A stretch of DNA of 64,000 nucleotides from Polaromonas sp. Its GTDB lineage: Bacteria > Pseudomonadota > Gammaproteobacteria > Burkholderiales > Burkholderiaceae_C. Of this stretch, positions 30,169-42,405 are shown piece after piece. Both the position numbers and the translations under genes were made by a program. Each line of letters opens with the position of its first letter. Position 1 is the stretch's first letter. The stretch covers positions 5,590-69,589 of the forward strand of contig JBKJKI010000140.1 in the NCBI GenBank assembly GCA_046597475.1. Direction: 5' to 3'. The notes beneath the pieces are model-generated. The model did not search any database. It worked only from the letters and a program-made list of their open reading frames with translations, and was not told where the DNA came from.

Positions 30169-31336
30169 CCTGGCCCAGTGGCTACAGACCATTTCTCCTG
30201 AGTGGGGCTTTCTCAGGGTGTTCCAGTACCTGACGCTGCGGGCCGTCATGGCCGCCCTCACGGCGCTGCTGATAGGGCTCATCGCGGGTCCATTCGTGAT
30301 CAGGCGGCTTGTATCGCTCAAAATTGGCCAGCCCATTCGCGAATACGCCATGCAGACCCACCTGAGCAAAAGCGGTACCCCCACCATGGGCGGCGTGCTT
30401 ATCCTGCTGGCGATCGGCATTTCAACGCTGATGTGGTCTGACCTGTCCAACCGTTTTGTCTGGATTGTGCTGATCGTCACGCTGGGATTTGGCGCCATTG
30501 GCTGGGCCGATGACTGGCGCAAGGTGGTGCTGAAAGACCCGGAAGGCATGCCCTCCCGGGAGAAATACATGTGGCAGTCCCTGATAGGGCTGCTTGCCGC
30601 GCTCTATCTGGTGTTCAGCATTTCCGAGAGTTCCAACCTGCGGGTTTTTGAGCTGTTCGTCAGCTGGGTTCAGTCCGGCTTCGATGTGAATCTGCCGCCC
30701 AAGGCGGGCTTGCTGGTGCCCTTCGTGAAAGAAGTCAGCTATCCGCTGGGCATTCTGGGCTTCGTCATCCTCACCTATCTGGTGATAGTCGGTTCCAGCA
30801 ATGCCGTCAACCTCACAGACGGGCTGGACGGGCTGGCCATCATGCCTGTGGTCATGGTGGGATCTTCATTGGGGGTGTTTGCCTATGTCACTGGCAGTGC
30901 GGTCTATTCCAGGTACCTGCTGTTTCCCCATATCCCGGGCTCGGGTGAACTGCTGATCTTTTGTTCCGCCATGGCCGGTGCAGGACTGGCTTTTCTCTGG
31001 TTCAACACCCACCCTGCCCAGGTGTTTATGGGTGACGTTGGTGCGCTGGCCCTGGGCGCCGCATTGGGCACTATCGCCGTGATCGTCAGGCAGGAAATTG
31101 TTCTGGCCATCATGGGGGGGATTTTCGTGGTCGAGGCGCTGTCCGTGATGCTCCAGGTGACCTGGTTCAAGTACACCAAACGGCGCTATGGTCAGGGGCG
31201 CCGCCTTTTGAAGATGGCGCCTTTGCACCATCATTTCGAGAAAAGCGGATGGAGGGAAACGCAGGTGGTCGTGCGTTTCTGGATCATCACCATGCTGCTT
31301 TGTCTGGTGGGTCTTTCAACGCTCAAGCTGAGATGA
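30158..31336 (+). CDS. mraY: Phospho-MurNAc-pentapeptide transferase
   Basis: [32 protein letters not shown]. Confidence 0.96.
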   Translation: MLLSLAQWLQTISPEWGFLRVFQYLTLRAVMAALTALLIGLIAGPFVIRRLVSLKIGQPIREYAMQTHLSKSGTPTMGGVLILLAIGISTLMWSDLSNRFVWIVLIVTLGFGAIGWADDWRKVVLKDPEGMPSREKYMWQSLIGLLAALYLVFSISESSNLRVFELFVSWVQSGFDVNLPPKAGLLVPFVKEVSYPLGILGFVILTYLVIVGSSNAVNLTDGLDGLAIMPVVMVGSSLGVFAYVTGSAVYSRYLLFPHIPGSGELLIFCSAMAGAGLAFLWFNTHPAQVFMGDVGALALGAALGTIAVIVRQEIVLAIMGGIFVVEALSVMLQVTWFKYTKRRYGQGRRLLKMAPLHHHFEKSGWRETQVVVRFWIITMLLCLVGLSTLKLR

Positions 31337-32859
31337 AAAACCTGGCGCAAAAAAATATCTTGATCCTCGGGCTGGGCGGTTCAGGTCTGGCCCTGGCGCG
31401 TTGGTGCATACGCTGTGGCGCACAACAGGTCATGGTGGCTGACACCCGGCCCGCACCGCCGCAGCTCAAGGCACTGCAGACTACCCTGCCATCCGCCGTC
31501 TTTGTTCACGCGGACATGAGCGAGGCGCTGCTTGCGCTTTCCGATTTCGACATGGTGCTCAAGAGCCCGGGCCTGTCGCCGGGCTCGGTCGCCGCGGTGA
31601 CGGCTGCAGCTCAGGCGAGGGGCATCGCCTGTGGCAATGAGCTCAGTCTCTTCGCGCAGGCGCTTGCCGACCTGAAAGAAGACCGGGCTTATGCGCCTCA
31701 GGTCATCGCCATCACCGGCACCAATGGCAAAACCACGGTGACGTCGCTTACCGGTCAACTGGTGCAGCGCGCCGGAAAATCCGTTGCGGTGGCCGGCAAT
31801 ATCGGCCCCACCTTGCTGGATACCCTGAGCGGAAAGCTCGATGAAAAATCAGCCGATGGCGGCCTGCCCGCACTGTCCGCACTGCCTGAAGTCTGGGTGC
31901 TGGAGCTGTCGAGTTTTCAACTCGACGGGATCAAGAACTTCGAGCCCACGGTGGCAACGACGCTAAACATCAGCCAGGACCACCTGGACTGGCACGGAAC
32001 GCTGTCCGCTTACATGGCGGCCAAGGAAAACATCTACGGCAGCACCGGACTGATGCTGCTCAATCGTGACGATCCACTGGTCATGACCGCCTTGCCGCCT
32101 CTGGTCAAAGGCAAGCAAGCGCGGTCCTTCCTGACTTTCGGTGGCGACGAGCCCAAGCGGCCTGGCGACTATGGTATCGAAATGGTCAATGGCATGGCAT
32201 GGCTGGTGCGCGCGATGGAAGCGGATGAAACCATCAAGCGCCGAAAAACCGAGGAAGTCGTGCTTCACATCCAGCGCCTGATGCCGCTCGATGCCCTGCG
32301 TATTCATGGCCGGCACAACGCGACCAACGCGCTCGCTGCGCTGGGTCTGGCGGTGGCGGCGGGCTGCCCGCTCGCACCCATGCTGCACGGACTGCGTGAA
32401 TACCGGGGTGAGCCGCATCGCGTGGAGTCGGTGGCGGTGCTGGGCGGCGTGGAATACTTTGACGACAGCAAGGGCACCAATGTGGGGGCCACGGTAGCGG
32501 CACTGGTTGGCCTGGGTGCTGATCGCAAACTGGTGCTGATTCTGGGGGGGGAAGGCAAGGGGCAGGATTTCTCGCCGCTGGCCGAGCCGGTGTCGCGCCA
32601 TGCCCGGGCGGTTGTGCTGATAGGCCGCGACGCGCCGCTGATCAGGCAGGTACTGCAGCACAGCCCTGTCGCGCTGCTGGATGCCGCCTCCATGGAAGAG
32701 GCAGTCAGCATGGCCGCTGCACAGGCCAGGCAAGGGGACGCGGTGCTGATGTCTCCGGCCTGCGCAAGTTTTGACATGTTCGCCAACTACGAACACCGCG
32801 CGCAGGTCTTTTGTGACGCGGTTCAGGCCATGGCGCAAGAGCAGGGCGCTGTTCTATGA
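31333..32859 (+). CDS. murD: UDP-MurNAc-L-Ala:D-Glu ligase
   Basis: [31 protein letters not shown]. Confidence 0.95.
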   Translation: MKNLAQKNILILGLGGSGLALARWCIRCGAQQVMVADTRPAPPQLKALQTTLPSAVFVHADMSEALLALSDFDMVLKSPGLSPGSVAAVTAAAQARGIACGNELSLFAQALADLKEDRAYAPQVIAITGTNGKTTVTSLTGQLVQRAGKSVAVAGNIGPTLLDTLSGKLDEKSADGGLPALSALPEVWVLELSSFQLDGIKNFEPTVATTLNISQDHLDWHGTLSAYMAAKENIYGSTGLMLLNRDDPLVMTALPPLVKGKQARSFLTFGGDEPKRPGDYGIEMVNGMAWLVRAMEADETIKRRKTEEVVLHIQRLMPLDALRIHGRHNATNALAALGLAVAAGCPLAPMLHGLREYRGEPHRVESVAVLGGVEYFDDSKGTNVGATVAALVGLGADRKLVLILGGEGKGQDFSPLAEPVSRHARAVVLIGRDAPLIRQVLQHSPVALLDAASMEEAVSMAAAQARQGDAVLMSPACASFDMFANYEHRAQVFCDAVQAMAQEQGAVL

Positions 32860-34109
32860 CCGCCATCACGCGCTTCATGGGCTGGTTCTCCGGCGTCGGC
32901 AAGGTGGCTTCGGAGGTTTTGCCCGTTCGCCTGGGCGGCCAGCGCTTCCCTGGAAAACTGGCGACGCCGGTTCGCATGGCCGGCCTTGACTGGGCCCTGG
33001 TCTGGGTCACGTTGGCCCTGTTGATGTGGGGGCTTGTCATGGTGTATTCGGCGTCCGTGGCCATGCCGGATAACCCGAAGTTCGCGCGTTATGCGCACAC
33101 CCATTTCCTGACCCGCCACGTGTTGTCACTGGTGATTGCCTTCCTTGCCGCTACGCTCGCATTCCAGGTGCCGATGGCAACCTGGGAGAAAGTCGCGCCC
33201 TGGCTGTTTGTGGTGTCGCTGCTGCTTTTGATACTGGTGCTGGTGCCTTTCATCGGCAAAGGCGTCAACGGCGCGCGGCGCTGGATTTCTCTGGGCGTGA
33301 TGAACTTTCAGCCCTCGGAGCTGGCCAAATTCGCGGTGCTGATGTACGCCGCCGATTACATGGTCAGAAAAATGGAAGTGAAGGAACGCTTCTTTCGCGC
33401 CGTATTGCCGATGGCCGTCGCCATTGCGGTGGTCGGCGTGCTGCTGCTGGCAGAGCCCGACATGGGCGCTTTCATGGTGATCTCGGTCATCGCGATGGGA
33501 ATCCTGTTCCTGGGTGGTGTCAATGCCCGCATGTTCTTTGTGATTGCCGCCGTGGTGGTGGTCGCCTTTGGCCTGATGGTGATGCTCAGCGAATGGCGGC
33601 GCGAGCGGATTTTTGCCTACCTCGATCCATGGAGCGACAAGTATTCGATGGGCAAGGGCTATCAACTCTCGCACTCCCTGATTGCCTTTGGGCGCGGGGA
33701 GGTATTTGGAGTGGGTCTGGGCGGCAGCATTGAAAAACTCCATTGGTTGCCCGAGGCGCACACCGACTTTCTGATGGCTGTGATTGGTGAAGAGTTTGGC
33801 CTGATCGGCGTCCTCGTGGTGATCGGCCTGTTCATGTGGATGACCCGCCGCATCATGCACATTGGCCGGCAGGCCATTGCGCTGGACCGCTTGTTTGCCG
33901 GCCTGGTGGCGCAGGGGGTTGGTATCTGGATGGGCTTTCAGACCTTCATCAACATCGGCGTGAACCTGGGGGCCCTGCCGACCAAGGGCTTGACCTTGCC
34001 GCTGATGAGCTATGGTGGTTCGGCCATCTTGATGAACCTGATTGCACTGGCAGTGGTCTTGCGGATCGACTATGAGAACCGGGTGCTGATGCGTGGGGGC
34101 CGCGTATGA
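32856..34109 (+). CDS. ftsW: SEDS peptidoglycan polymerase FtsW
   Basis: [23 protein letters not shown]. Confidence 0.95.
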   Translation: MTAITRFMGWFSGVGKVASEVLPVRLGGQRFPGKLATPVRMAGLDWALVWVTLALLMWGLVMVYSASVAMPDNPKFARYAHTHFLTRHVLSLVIAFLAATLAFQVPMATWEKVAPWLFVVSLLLLILVLVPFIGKGVNGARRWISLGVMNFQPSELAKFAVLMYAADYMVRKMEVKERFFRAVLPMAVAIAVVGVLLLAEPDMGAFMVISVIAMGILFLGGVNARMFFVIAAVVVVAFGLMVMLSEWRRERIFAYLDPWSDKYSMGKGYQLSHSLIAFGRGEVFGVGLGGSIEKLHWLPEAHTDFLMAVIGEEFGLIGVLVVIGLFMWMTRRIMHIGRQAIALDRLFAGLVAQGVGIWMGFQTFINIGVNLGALPTKGLTLPLMSYGGSAILMNLIALAVVLRIDYENRVLMRGGRV

Positions 34110-35233
34110 GCCAGCACGCCACGCAGGGCGCCGTGCGCCAGCTGACAGGCATGGGGGCTCGTGTGGCACTCGTGATGGCCGGTGGCACGGGCGGCCACAT
34201 CTTCCCGGGCTTGGCGGTGGCCGAAGCACTGCGTGATCGAGGCTGGTCCGTGCACTGGCTGGGCGGCCGGGGTAGCGCCGGTCTTCCCAGCATGGAAAGC
34301 CGGCTGGTGCCTTCGCATGGTTTTGCTTTCGAGTCGATTGACTTTTCTGGAGTGCGCGGCAAAGGGCCGGTCACCCTGGCAATACTGCCTTTGCGGCTGC
34401 TCAAGGCCTTCTGGCAGAGCGTGCAGGTCATCCGCCGCGTCAAGCCTGATGTGGTGGTGGGTCTGGGCGGCTATATCAGCTTTCCGGCCGGCCTGATGAG
34501 TGTGCTGCTGGGGAAGGCCCTGATCCTGCATGAGCAGAACTCCGTGGCCGGCATGGCGAACAAAATACTGGCCTCGGTGGCCGACCGTGTGTTTACGGCA
34601 TTTCCGGGCGTGCTGGGCAAGAAAGCCGAGTGGGTGGGCAATCCGCTGCGCCCGGCTTTTACCTGCCAGCCCGACCCGGAAACCCGTTTCGCCGGACGGG
34701 GCGGGCCGCTCAAATTGCTGGTGGTGGGTGGCAGCCTGGGCGCCAGGGCGCTGAACGAACTGGTGCCCAGGGCGCTTGCGCTGATTCCGACGGCCCGGCG
34801 ACCCAGGGTGACGCATCAAAGCGGTGCGCGCCAGATTGACGAGCTTCGCGCCAACTACACCGCCGCCGGCGTGCAGGCCGAACTCACGCCTTTTATTGAA
34901 GACACGGCGCAGGCCTTTGCCGACGCCGACCTCATCATCTGCCGGGCCGGAGCCAGCACGGTGACCGAGATCGCCGCCATTGGCGCGGCTGCGCTTTTTG
35001 TGCCCTTTCCTGCCGCTGTGGACGACCACCAGACCGCCAATGCCCACTTTCTGGTTGACCAGGGCGGCGGCTGGCTGGTGCCGCAACACGAATTAACGCC
35101 CGAAAAATTGTCAACCATGCTACAAAAAACAGAGCGAACAATGCTCGTATCTGCTGGGCTACAGGCCAAAAAGATGCAAAAAATCGAGGCGACCGCCAGC
35201 GTCGTCGCTGCCTGCGAGGAGCTTGCGTCATGA
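34106..35233 (+). CDS. murG: Lipid II GlcNAc transferase
   Basis: [26 protein letters not shown]. Confidence 0.95.
   Translation: MSQHATQGAVRQLTGMGARVALVMAGGTGGHIFPGLAVAEALRDRGWSVHWLGGRGSAGLPSMESRLVPSHGFAFESIDFSGVRGKGPVTLAILPLRLLKAFWQSVQVIRRVKPDVVVGLGGYISFPAGLMSVLLGKALILHEQNSVAGMANKILASVADRVFTAFPGVLGKKAEWVGNPLRPAFTCQPDPETRFAGRGGPLKLLVVGGSLGARALNELVPRALALIPTARRPRVTHQSGARQIDELRANYTAAGVQAELTPFIEDTAQAFADADLIICRAGASTVTEIAAIGAAALFVPFPAAVDDHQTANAHFLVDQGGGWLVPQHELTPEKLSTMLQKTERTMLVSAGLQAKKMQKIEATASVVAACEELAS
35119..35173 (-). repeat. 55-bp two-dyad motif, copy D (inside the murG 3' end)
   Basis: Minus strand CTTTTTGGCCTGTA-GCCCA-GCAGATAC-GAGCATTGTTCGCTCTGTTTTTTGTAGC. Confidence 0.6.
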
Positions 35234-36666
35234 AGCACGCCATCAAGAACATTCATTTCATCGGACTGGGTGGTGCCGGCATGTCCGGTATTGCCGAAGT
35301 CCTGCACAACCTGGGCTATGTGATCTCCGGCTCGGACCTGTCGGATAGCGCAACGCTGCAGCGACTGGCCGGTTTGGGCATCAAGACTTTCGTCGGCCAT
35401 AACGCCGGCAATCTGGTCAGCGTCGACGCGGTGGTGACGTCAACGGCCGTGCGCTCCGACAACCCCGAGGTGCTGGCCGCGCGCGAGCGGCGCATTCCCG
35501 TGGTACCCCGAGCCTTGATGCTGGCGGAGCTGATGCGCTTCAAGCAGGGCATTGCCATTGCCGGCACCCATGGGAAAACCACCACCACCAGCCTCGTGGC
35601 GTGCGTGCTGGCCGAAGGCGGGCTGGACCCGACCTTTGTCATTGGCGGGCGCCTGAACAGCGCCGGTGCCAACGCCAAACTGGGCTCCGGCGACTACATC
35701 GTGGTGGAGGCCGATGAGTCGGACGCATCCTTTTTGAATCTCTTGCCCGTGATGGCGGTGGTCACCAATATCGATGCTGACCACATGGAAACCTATGGAC
35801 ATGATTTTGGCAACCTGAAAAAGGCCTTTGTCGATTTTCTGCACCGCATGCCTTTTTATGGCACGGCGATTCTCTGCACCGATGACCCGGTGGTGCGCGA
35901 CATCGTGTCGCAGGTCTCCTGCCCCGTCACGAGCTACGGTTTTAGCGAAGACGCGCAGGTGCGCGCGGTCAATGTGCGGGCCGTGGGCGCGCAGATGCAT
36001 TTCACCGCGCAAAGGCGCAATGGCATCACGCTGCCCGATCTGGACATCGTGCTCAATCTTGCGGGCGAGCACAACGTCCTCAATGCCTTGTCCGCGATCG
36101 CAGTGGCGGTCGAACTCAATGTGCCCGACGCAGCGGTGCAAAAAGCGCTGGCTGAGTTCAGCGGCGTCGGCCGGCGTTTCCAGAGCTATGGCGAGGTGCC
36201 CGCCAGCGATGGGGGGCATTTCACGGTGATCGAGGATTACGGACACCACCCGGTGGAAATGGCCGCCACGCTGGCTGCGGCGCGGGGCGCGTTTCCGGGC
36301 CGGCGGCTGGTGCTGGCTTTCCAGCCGCATCGCTACACCCGGACGCGCGACTGCTTTGAGGACTTCGTCAAGGTCATCAGCACCCACGCCGATGCCCTGT
36401 TGCTGGCCGAGGTCTATGCCGCCGGAGAAGTGCCTATCGTGGCCGCGGACGGCCGCTCGCTGGCACGCGCCTTGCGCGTGGCAGGCAAGGTCGAGCCCTT
36501 CTTTGTTGACGAGATTGAGGCGATGCCGCAGGCCATCATTGACAACGCGCAGGGCGGCGATGTGGTCATGTGCATGGGTGCCGGCTCCATTGGTCTGGTG
36601 CCTGGAAAAGTCCTTGCCATGCGGCAAGCCAAAGAACGCACCGTGGCGGATGGAGGCAAGGCATGA
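35230..36666 (+). CDS. murC: UDP-MurNAc:L-Ala ligase
   Basis: [34 protein letters not shown]. Confidence 0.96.
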   Translation: MKHAIKNIHFIGLGGAGMSGIAEVLHNLGYVISGSDLSDSATLQRLAGLGIKTFVGHNAGNLVSVDAVVTSTAVRSDNPEVLAARERRIPVVPRALMLAELMRFKQGIAIAGTHGKTTTTSLVACVLAEGGLDPTFVIGGRLNSAGANAKLGSGDYIVVEADESDASFLNLLPVMAVVTNIDADHMETYGHDFGNLKKAFVDFLHRMPFYGTAILCTDDPVVRDIVSQVSCPVTSYGFSEDAQVRAVNVRAVGAQMHFTAQRRNGITLPDLDIVLNLAGEHNVLNALSAIAVAVELNVPDAAVQKALAEFSGVGRRFQSYGEVPASDGGHFTVIEDYGHHPVEMAATLAAARGAFPGRRLVLAFQPHRYTRTRDCFEDFVKVISTHADALLLAEVYAAGEVPIVAADGRSLARALRVAGKVEPFFVDEIEAMPQAIIDNAQGGDVVMCMGAGSIGLVPGKVLAMRQAKERTVADGGKA

Positions 36667-37640
36667 GTCAGGGCATGTTGAATCCCGGAAGAGTCGCCGT
36701 CCTGATGGGCGGGCTTTCCGCCGAGCGTGAAATTTCGCTGATGTCGGGGCAGGGCGTGCTGCAGGCCTTGCGCTCGCAGGGCGTCGATGCCCACCCCTTC
36801 GATCCTTCCGAGCGCGATCTTGGTGAGTTGAAGAAAGAGGGCTTTGCGCGCTGCTTTATCGCCCTGCATGGCCGCTTCGGTGAAGACGGAACCGTGCAGG
36901 GAGCGCTTGAGTTGCTCGGCATTCCTTACACTGGTTCAGGCGTCATGGCGTCAAGCATGGCCATTGACAAGGTCATGACCAAGCGCGTGTTGCTGTCCGA
37001 AGGCCTGCCAACGCCGCGCTATGTGCTGCTTCGCCGGGGCGCCTATGCGCCGGCGGAAGTCGATGCGATTCCCGATGTTCTGGGACTGCCGCTGATCGTC
37101 AAGCCAGCGCGTGAAGGTTCGTCGCTTGGCCTGACCAAGGTCACGGCGCGCGCCGACATGGCTGCGGCCGTGGCGCTGGCCGAAACGCTGGATGCCGATG
37201 TTCTGTGCGAGCAGTTCATCAGTGGCGACGAAGTGACCTGTCCGGTGCTGGGTACGGGCGCCGGCGCAAGCGCCTTGCCGGTGATCCGCATCGTGGCGCC
37301 CGAGGGCAATTACGACTACCAGAACAAGTACTTCACCGACACCACGCAATACCTTGTGCCTTGCGGACTTCCCGAGGGCGAGGAGGCGGCGATACAGCAA
37401 CTGGTATTGCAAGCCTTTCGCACCCTCAACTGCCGCGGCTGGGCACGTGCCGACGTGATGATCGACAGGGCCACGCGCAAGCCCTACCTGCTTGAAATCA
37501 ATACCTCGCCGGGTATGACGGGGCACTCGCTGGTGCCCATGTCCGCGCGCGCGGCCGGCATCTCCTACGAAGCGTTGTGCATGCAGGTGCTGGGCACCGC
37601 AACGCTCGACTACCCGCCAACCCAAGGGGTCACCACTTGA
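36663..37640 (+). CDS. ddl: D-alanine--D-alanine ligase
   Basis: [36 protein letters not shown]. Confidence 0.95.
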   Translation: MSQGMLNPGRVAVLMGGLSAEREISLMSGQGVLQALRSQGVDAHPFDPSERDLGELKKEGFARCFIALHGRFGEDGTVQGALELLGIPYTGSGVMASSMAIDKVMTKRVLLSEGLPTPRYVLLRRGAYAPAEVDAIPDVLGLPLIVKPAREGSSLGLTKVTARADMAAAVALAETLDADVLCEQFISGDEVTCPVLGTGAGASALPVIRIVAPEGNYDYQNKYFTDTTQYLVPCGLPEGEEAAIQQLVLQAFRTLNCRGWARADVMIDRATRKPYLLEINTSPGMTGHSLVPMSARAAGISYEALCMQVLGTATLDYPPTQGVTT

Positions 37641-37648
37641 GACGCGCC

Positions 37649-38440
37649 ATGCCACTGTCAACGCCCTTGCCGATGGACGTCAGGCTCATGAACACCGTGA
37701 CGGTGGTTCTGTGTCTGGTGTTTGCCTGCATGGTACTGACGCTGGCCGCGACCTGGCTGATGCGCCAGTCGCTGTTCAACCTGAATGCCATCCAGGTCCA
37801 GGGAGATTTGACGCACAACAACGCGGTTACCTTGCGCGCCAATGTGGCCCCCAAGCTGGCCGGCAATTTCCTGACCGTGGATCTGGAGTCCACGCGTGCG
37901 GCCTTCGAGGCGGTGCCCTGGGTGCGCAGGGCGGTTGTTCAGCGTGAATTTCCGAACCGTCTGAAGGTGGTGCTGCGCGAGCATCAAGCCGTGGCCCTGT
38001 GGGGTCAGGAGGGCGAATCCCGGCTGATCAACAACTTTGGCGAGGTGTTTGACGCCAACCAGGGTGATGTGGAGGCAGAGGACCTGCCGCTGCTCAACGG
38101 ACCACAAGGGCAGGCGCCACTGGTGCTGCAGGCCTGGCAGCGCCTGTCCCCCCTGTTTGAAGAGATGGACGGAGTCCTGGAACAACTGCAGTTGACCCAG
38201 CACGGAAGCTGGCGCGCGCAACTGGACAGCGGCGCCGTGATCGACCTCGGACATGGAACGCTGGACGAGCTGGAAGTGCGTACCCGGCGCTTTATCGCCA
38301 CGGTGACGCAGGTTTCCTCCCGTTTTGGAAGAGATATGGAGTCGGCCGACCTGCGCTATGCCAATGGGTATGCCGTCAAGCTCAGGGGTGTCACCACGGG
38401 TGGCAGCGGCGACAAAGTCGACGAAAAAAAGAAAAGGTAA
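37649..38440 (+). CDS. ftsQ: Cell division protein FtsQ
   Basis: TM plus POTRA (VPWVRRAVVQREFP), DLRY. Confidence 0.92.
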   Translation: MPLSTPLPMDVRLMNTVTVVLCLVFACMVLTLAATWLMRQSLFNLNAIQVQGDLTHNNAVTLRANVAPKLAGNFLTVDLESTRAAFEAVPWVRRAVVQREFPNRLKVVLREHQAVALWGQEGESRLINNFGEVFDANQGDVEAEDLPLLNGPQGQAPLVLQAWQRLSPLFEEMDGVLEQLQLTQHGSWRAQLDSGAVIDLGHGTLDELEVRTRRFIATVTQVSSRFGRDMESADLRYANGYAVKLRGVTTGGSGDKVDEKKKR

Positions 38441-38444
38441 ACAA

Positions 38445-39674
38445 ATGGCCAAGGAATACAAGGATCTGGTTGTCGGGCTGGACATTGGAACCAGCAAGGT
38501 GATGGCCGTGGTCGCGGAGGTCATGCCCGGCGGTGAACTCAAGCTCGCTGGTCTGGGTATTGCCGCAAGCAATGGCCTGAAGCGCGGTGTGGTCGTCAAT
38601 ATTGACGCGACAGTGCACAGCATTCAGCAGGCCCTCAAGGAGGCCGAGCTGATGGCCGACTGCAAGATCGCCCGCGTTTTCACGGGAATCACGGGCAGCC
38701 ATATCCGCGGCATCAATTCAAGCGGCATGGTGGCGGTGAAGGACAAGGAAGTGACCCAGGCCGATGTGGCCCGGGTGATCGAGACCGCCAAGGCGATCAA
38801 TATCTCCACTGACCAGCGCCTGCTGCTGGTTGAACCGCAGGAGTTTGTGATTGATGGCCAGGATGTGCGCGAGCCCATAGGCATGAGCGGCATCCGCCTT
38901 GAGGCCAAGGTGCACATCGTGACCGGCGCGCAAAGCGCTGCCGAGAACATCATCAAATGCGTGCGGCGCTGTGGGCTTGAAGTGGACCAGCTGATGCTCA
39001 ACCCCCTGGCCTCAAGCCTCTCGGTGCTGACCCAGGACGAGCAGGAGCTCGGCGTGGCGCTGGTGGATATCGGTGCGGGCACAACGGATGTGGCGATCTT
39101 CACGGGCGGCGCCATCCGGCACACCGCCGTGATTCCGATTGCTGGCGATCTGATCACGAGCGACATTGCCATGGCCTTGCGCACGCCTACCAAGGACGCT
39201 GAAGACATCAAGGTTGAAAGCGGTTACGCCAAGCAGCTGCTCGCCGACCCCGACACGCAGGTCGAGGTGCCAGGCCTGGGTGACCGGGCCCCCCGCATGC
39301 TGAGCAAACAGGCGCTGGCCGGGGTAATCGAGCCGCGTGTCGAAGAGATTTTCCTGCTGGTCCAGCAGGTGATTCGTGAGTCCGGCTACGAAGAGATGCT
39401 GTCCTCGGGCATCGTGATTACCGGCGGCAGCGCGGTGATGCCCGGCATGGTTGAGCTTGGCGAGGATATTTTTCTCAAGCCGGTGCGGCGCGGCATACCG
39501 CGCTACTCCAGCGCGCTGTCTGACATGGTGGCCCAGGCAAGGGCCGCCACGGTGATGGGACTGCTTGAAGAGGCCCGGCTGGCGCGCATGCGGGGCTACA
39601 AGGTGGCGCAGAAGGCAGGCAGCGTGCACAACGCCTTTGGCCGGGTCAAAGACTGGTTCGTGGGGAATTTTTGA
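38445..39674 (+). CDS. ftsA: Cell division protein FtsA
   Basis: GLDIGTSK, VDIGAGTT, C-terminal amphipathic helix VKDWFVGNF. Confidence 0.96.
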   Translation: MAKEYKDLVVGLDIGTSKVMAVVAEVMPGGELKLAGLGIAASNGLKRGVVVNIDATVHSIQQALKEAELMADCKIARVFTGITGSHIRGINSSGMVAVKDKEVTQADVARVIETAKAINISTDQRLLLVEPQEFVIDGQDVREPIGMSGIRLEAKVHIVTGAQSAAENIIKCVRRCGLEVDQLMLNPLASSLSVLTQDEQELGVALVDIGAGTTDVAIFTGGAIRHTAVIPIAGDLITSDIAMALRTPTKDAEDIKVESGYAKQLLADPDTQVEVPGLGDRAPRMLSKQALAGVIEPRVEEIFLLVQQVIRESGYEEMLSSGIVITGGSAVMPGMVELGEDIFLKPVRRGIPRYSSALSDMVAQARAATVMGLLEEARLARMRGYKVAQKAGSVHNAFGRVKDWFVGNF

Positions 39675-39833
39675 TGATCAGATATTTCAACTTCATGGGA
39701 TCCAGCTTTACCGGCAGCCCGGCGCGTCGCGCCCATTGCGGAGGGGCAGATCCACCCGCATGAAAACATTCACCTCAAGCGAAAAAACCTTGAAAATTTT
39801 GACTAACCCGAATTTTTTGACAGGAGGCTCCCA

Positions 39834-41102
39834 ATGAGCATCGAAATGATTGAGATCCAGGAATTCAACCAAGGCACGCAGATCAAGGTGATCGGCGTCG
39901 GCGGCGGCGGCGGGAACGCTGTTGGCCACATGATTCAATGCGGCGTGCAGGGCGTCGAGTTCATTTGCGCGAACACTGACGCCCAGGCACTCAACCGCGG
40001 CAGCGCGCACAAGACCATCCAGTTGGGCATCAGCGGCCTCGGAGCAGGCAGCAAGCCTGAAAAGGGACGCGATGCGGCCGAACTGGCGGTCGATGACATC
40101 CGCAGCGCCATTGACGGGGCGCATATGCTTTTCATCACGGCGGGCATGGGCGGCGGAACCGGTACCGGCGCAGCGCCCGTGATCGCGCGCGTCGCCAAGG
40201 AGATGGGCATCCTGACGGTCGGCGTGGTCACCAAGCCCTTCGACTTTGAAGGCGGTCGCCGCATGACCAATGCCGATCTCGGCCTGGCCGAGCTGGAAGC
40301 CAATGTCGACTCGCTGATCGTCATCCTGAACGAAAAACTGCTCGAGGTGCTGGGCGACGACGTCACCCAGGGCGAAGGCTTCGTCCTGGGCGACGACGTC
40401 ACCCAGGACGAAGCCTTCGCCCATGCCAATGACGTGCTGAAGAACGCCGTGGGCGGCATTGCCGAGATCATCAATGTTCCCGGTCACGTGAACGTCGACT
40501 TCGAGGACGTGCGCACCGTGATGGGCGAGCCCGGCAAGGCCATGATGGGAACGGCCAAGGCCAACGGTCCTGACCGTGCACGCATTGCCGCCGAACAGGC
40601 CGTAGCCTGCCCCTTGCTGGAAGGCATCGATTTGTCCGGAGCCAAGGGCGTTCTGGTGCTGATTACCGCGGCCAAGGGTTCACTCAAGCTGAACGAATCC
40701 AAGCTGGCGATGAACACCATCCGTGCCTATGCCTCACCGGATGCGCATGTGATCTACGGCACCGCCTACGACGACGAACTCGGTGACGATATCCGCGTGA
40801 CCGTGGTCGCCACGGGCCTGAGCCGGCAAGGCGTGCGCCGCCAGGCGCCGCCCCTGCAGGTGCTTCGCACGGGCACGGACAACATCCCCTTCAATGTCCC
40901 GACCCTGGGCGGCATGTCATCAGGCGCTGGCGTGACGCTGCAGACCGGCATGGGTTCTGCGCAACCGGACTACGGCAACATGAGCGTGCCCAGCGTGTGG
41001 CGTACCAACCGTACCCAGGCGGCAGCCAAGGTCGATGCCCTGGCGTCGGGCGGCATGGACGACTTCGAGATTCCTGCTTTCCTGCGCCGTCAGGCCGATT
41101 GA
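39834..41102 (+). CDS. ftsZ: Cell division protein FtsZ, carrying a 12-aa internal duplication
   Basis: GMGGGTGTG, NVDFED, C-terminal DFEIPAFLRRQAD. Confidence 0.97.
   Translation: MSIEMIEIQEFNQGTQIKVIGVGGGGGNAVGHMIQCGVQGVEFICANTDAQALNRGSAHKTIQLGISGLGAGSKPEKGRDAAELAVDDIRSAIDGAHMLFITAGMGGGTGTGAAPVIARVAKEMGILTVGVVTKPFDFEGGRRMTNADLGLAELEANVDSLIVILNEKLLEVLGDDVTQGEGFVLGDDVTQDEAFAHANDVLKNAVGGIAEIINVPGHVNVDFEDVRTVMGEPGKAMMGTAKANGPDRARIAAEQAVACPLLEGIDLSGAKGVLVLITAAKGSLKLNESKLAMNTIRAYASPDAHVIYGTAYDDELGDDIRVTVVATGLSRQGVRRQAPPLQVLRTGTDNIPFNVPTLGGMSSGAGVTLQTGMGSAQPDYGNMSVPSVWRTNRTQAAAKVDALASGGMDDFEIPAFLRRQAD
40350..40422. repeat. Direct duplication with perfect 21-bp inverted repeat inside ftsZ
   Basis: CTGGGCGACGACGTCACCCAGG at 40350 and 40386; 40370-40390 is the exact reverse complement of 40402-40422. 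Confidence 0.95.
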
Positions 41103-41226
41103 CCGCTACCGCTGGCCGCTTCGCGTACTCAGCCCGCCCCCATGGGTGGCGGTGTTCGGTCCGGAGCGGCCCCGGTCCAAGTCCCTGCCAGAGGGCGGTG
41201 GATGAGGCTCAAATTAAAATAGATGC

Positions 41227-42150
41227 ATGCTGGCCCAAAGAACCCTCAAATCCCTGACAAGAGCCATCGGCGTGGGTCTGCACAGCGGACAGCGGGTGGA
41301 GTTGACGCTACGCCCCGCGGCACCGGATGCAGGCATTGTGTTCAGGCGCGTCGATTTGCCGGAGCCGGTGGACATTGCCGTTTCGGCCGAGGCTGTCACT
41401 GACACCCGGCTGGCATCCACCATTTCGAATGGCGATGTTAAGGTGTTCACCGTTGAGCACCTGATGTCGGCCTGCGCCGGCCTGGGGCTGGACAACCTGA
41501 CGATAGACATTACCGCCGAGGAAGTGCCCATCCTCGACGGTTCAGCGTCTTCCTTTGTGTTTTTGCTGCAGTCCGCCGGCATCGAGCTGCAGGCGGCGCC
41601 CAAGCGTTTCATCCGTGTGCTCAAGCCGGTCGAGGTGCGCGAGGGCGAGGGCGCCAACGTCAAGTGGGCGCGGCTGAGCCCCTATGAAGGTTACAAGCTG
41701 AGTTTTGAAATCGACTTTGATCACCCCGCGGTTGACTCCACCGGTCAGCGCGTGGAGTTCAACATGGGCTCAGGCGCCTACAGCCGTGATATCGCCCGGG
41801 CGCGCACCTTCGGCTTTACCAAGGACGTTGAAATGATGCGGGCCAACGGCCTGGCGCTCGGCGGCGGACTGGACAACGCCATTGTGATGGACGACTACAA
41901 GGTCCTCAACAGTGAAGGCCTGCGTTACAACGACGAGTTCGTCAAACACAAGATTCTCGATGCCATGGGCGACCTGTACCTGCTTGGCAAGCCGCTGCTG
42001 GCAGCGTACAGCGCATTTCGATCGGGCCATGCCATGAACAACAAGCTGTTGCGCGAGTTGCTGGCACACCCCGAGGCCTATGAGGTCGTCACGTTTGATG
42101 ATGAAAAGCAGGCTCCAGAAGGTTTTGCCACCCTGGCCAAGGCCTGGTAG
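41227..42150 (+). CDS. lpxC: UDP-3-O-acyl-GlcNAc deacetylase
   Basis: [32 protein letters not shown]. Confidence 0.96.
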   Translation: MLAQRTLKSLTRAIGVGLHSGQRVELTLRPAAPDAGIVFRRVDLPEPVDIAVSAEAVTDTRLASTISNGDVKVFTVEHLMSACAGLGLDNLTIDITAEEVPILDGSASSFVFLLQSAGIELQAAPKRFIRVLKPVEVREGEGANVKWARLSPYEGYKLSFEIDFDHPAVDSTGQRVEFNMGSGAYSRDIARARTFGFTKDVEMMRANGLALGGGLDNAIVMDDYKVLNSEGLRYNDEFVKHKILDAMGDLYLLGKPLLAAYSAFRSGHAMNNKLLRELLAHPEAYEVVTFDDEKQAPEGFATLAKAW

Positions 42151-42204
42151 CGCGCTCAAGATGGCACGCGCGCCGCGCTGGTAGGCAACACGGAGCCCCC
42201 GATC

Positions 42205-42381
42205 ATGCTGCTTTTTCGCTGGCTGGTTTTGCTGTTTTTGCTGGCGGCCATCGTGTCGTTCATGCTGTACGCCGGCACCGGGCAGGCCCGCTACAAACGC
42301 TTCGGGCTGATCGTTCTCAAGTGGACGCTGATAGCGGCGTTTGGTTTTTTTGCGGTGCTCATCCTGGAGCGCCTCGCCTGA
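42205..42381 (+). CDS. Small 58-aa two-TM membrane protein (absent from the ORF track)
   Basis: MLLFRWLVLLFLLAAIVSFMLYAGTGQARYKRFGLIVLKWTLIAAFGFFAVLILERLA; GGAG SD; fills the intergenic gap. Confidence 0.75.
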   Translation: MLLFRWLVLLFLLAAIVSFMLYAGTGQARYKRFGLIVLKWTLIAAFGFFAVLILERLA

Positions 42382-42405
42382 GCACTCGATGGCCCCGTTC
42401 CGGCC

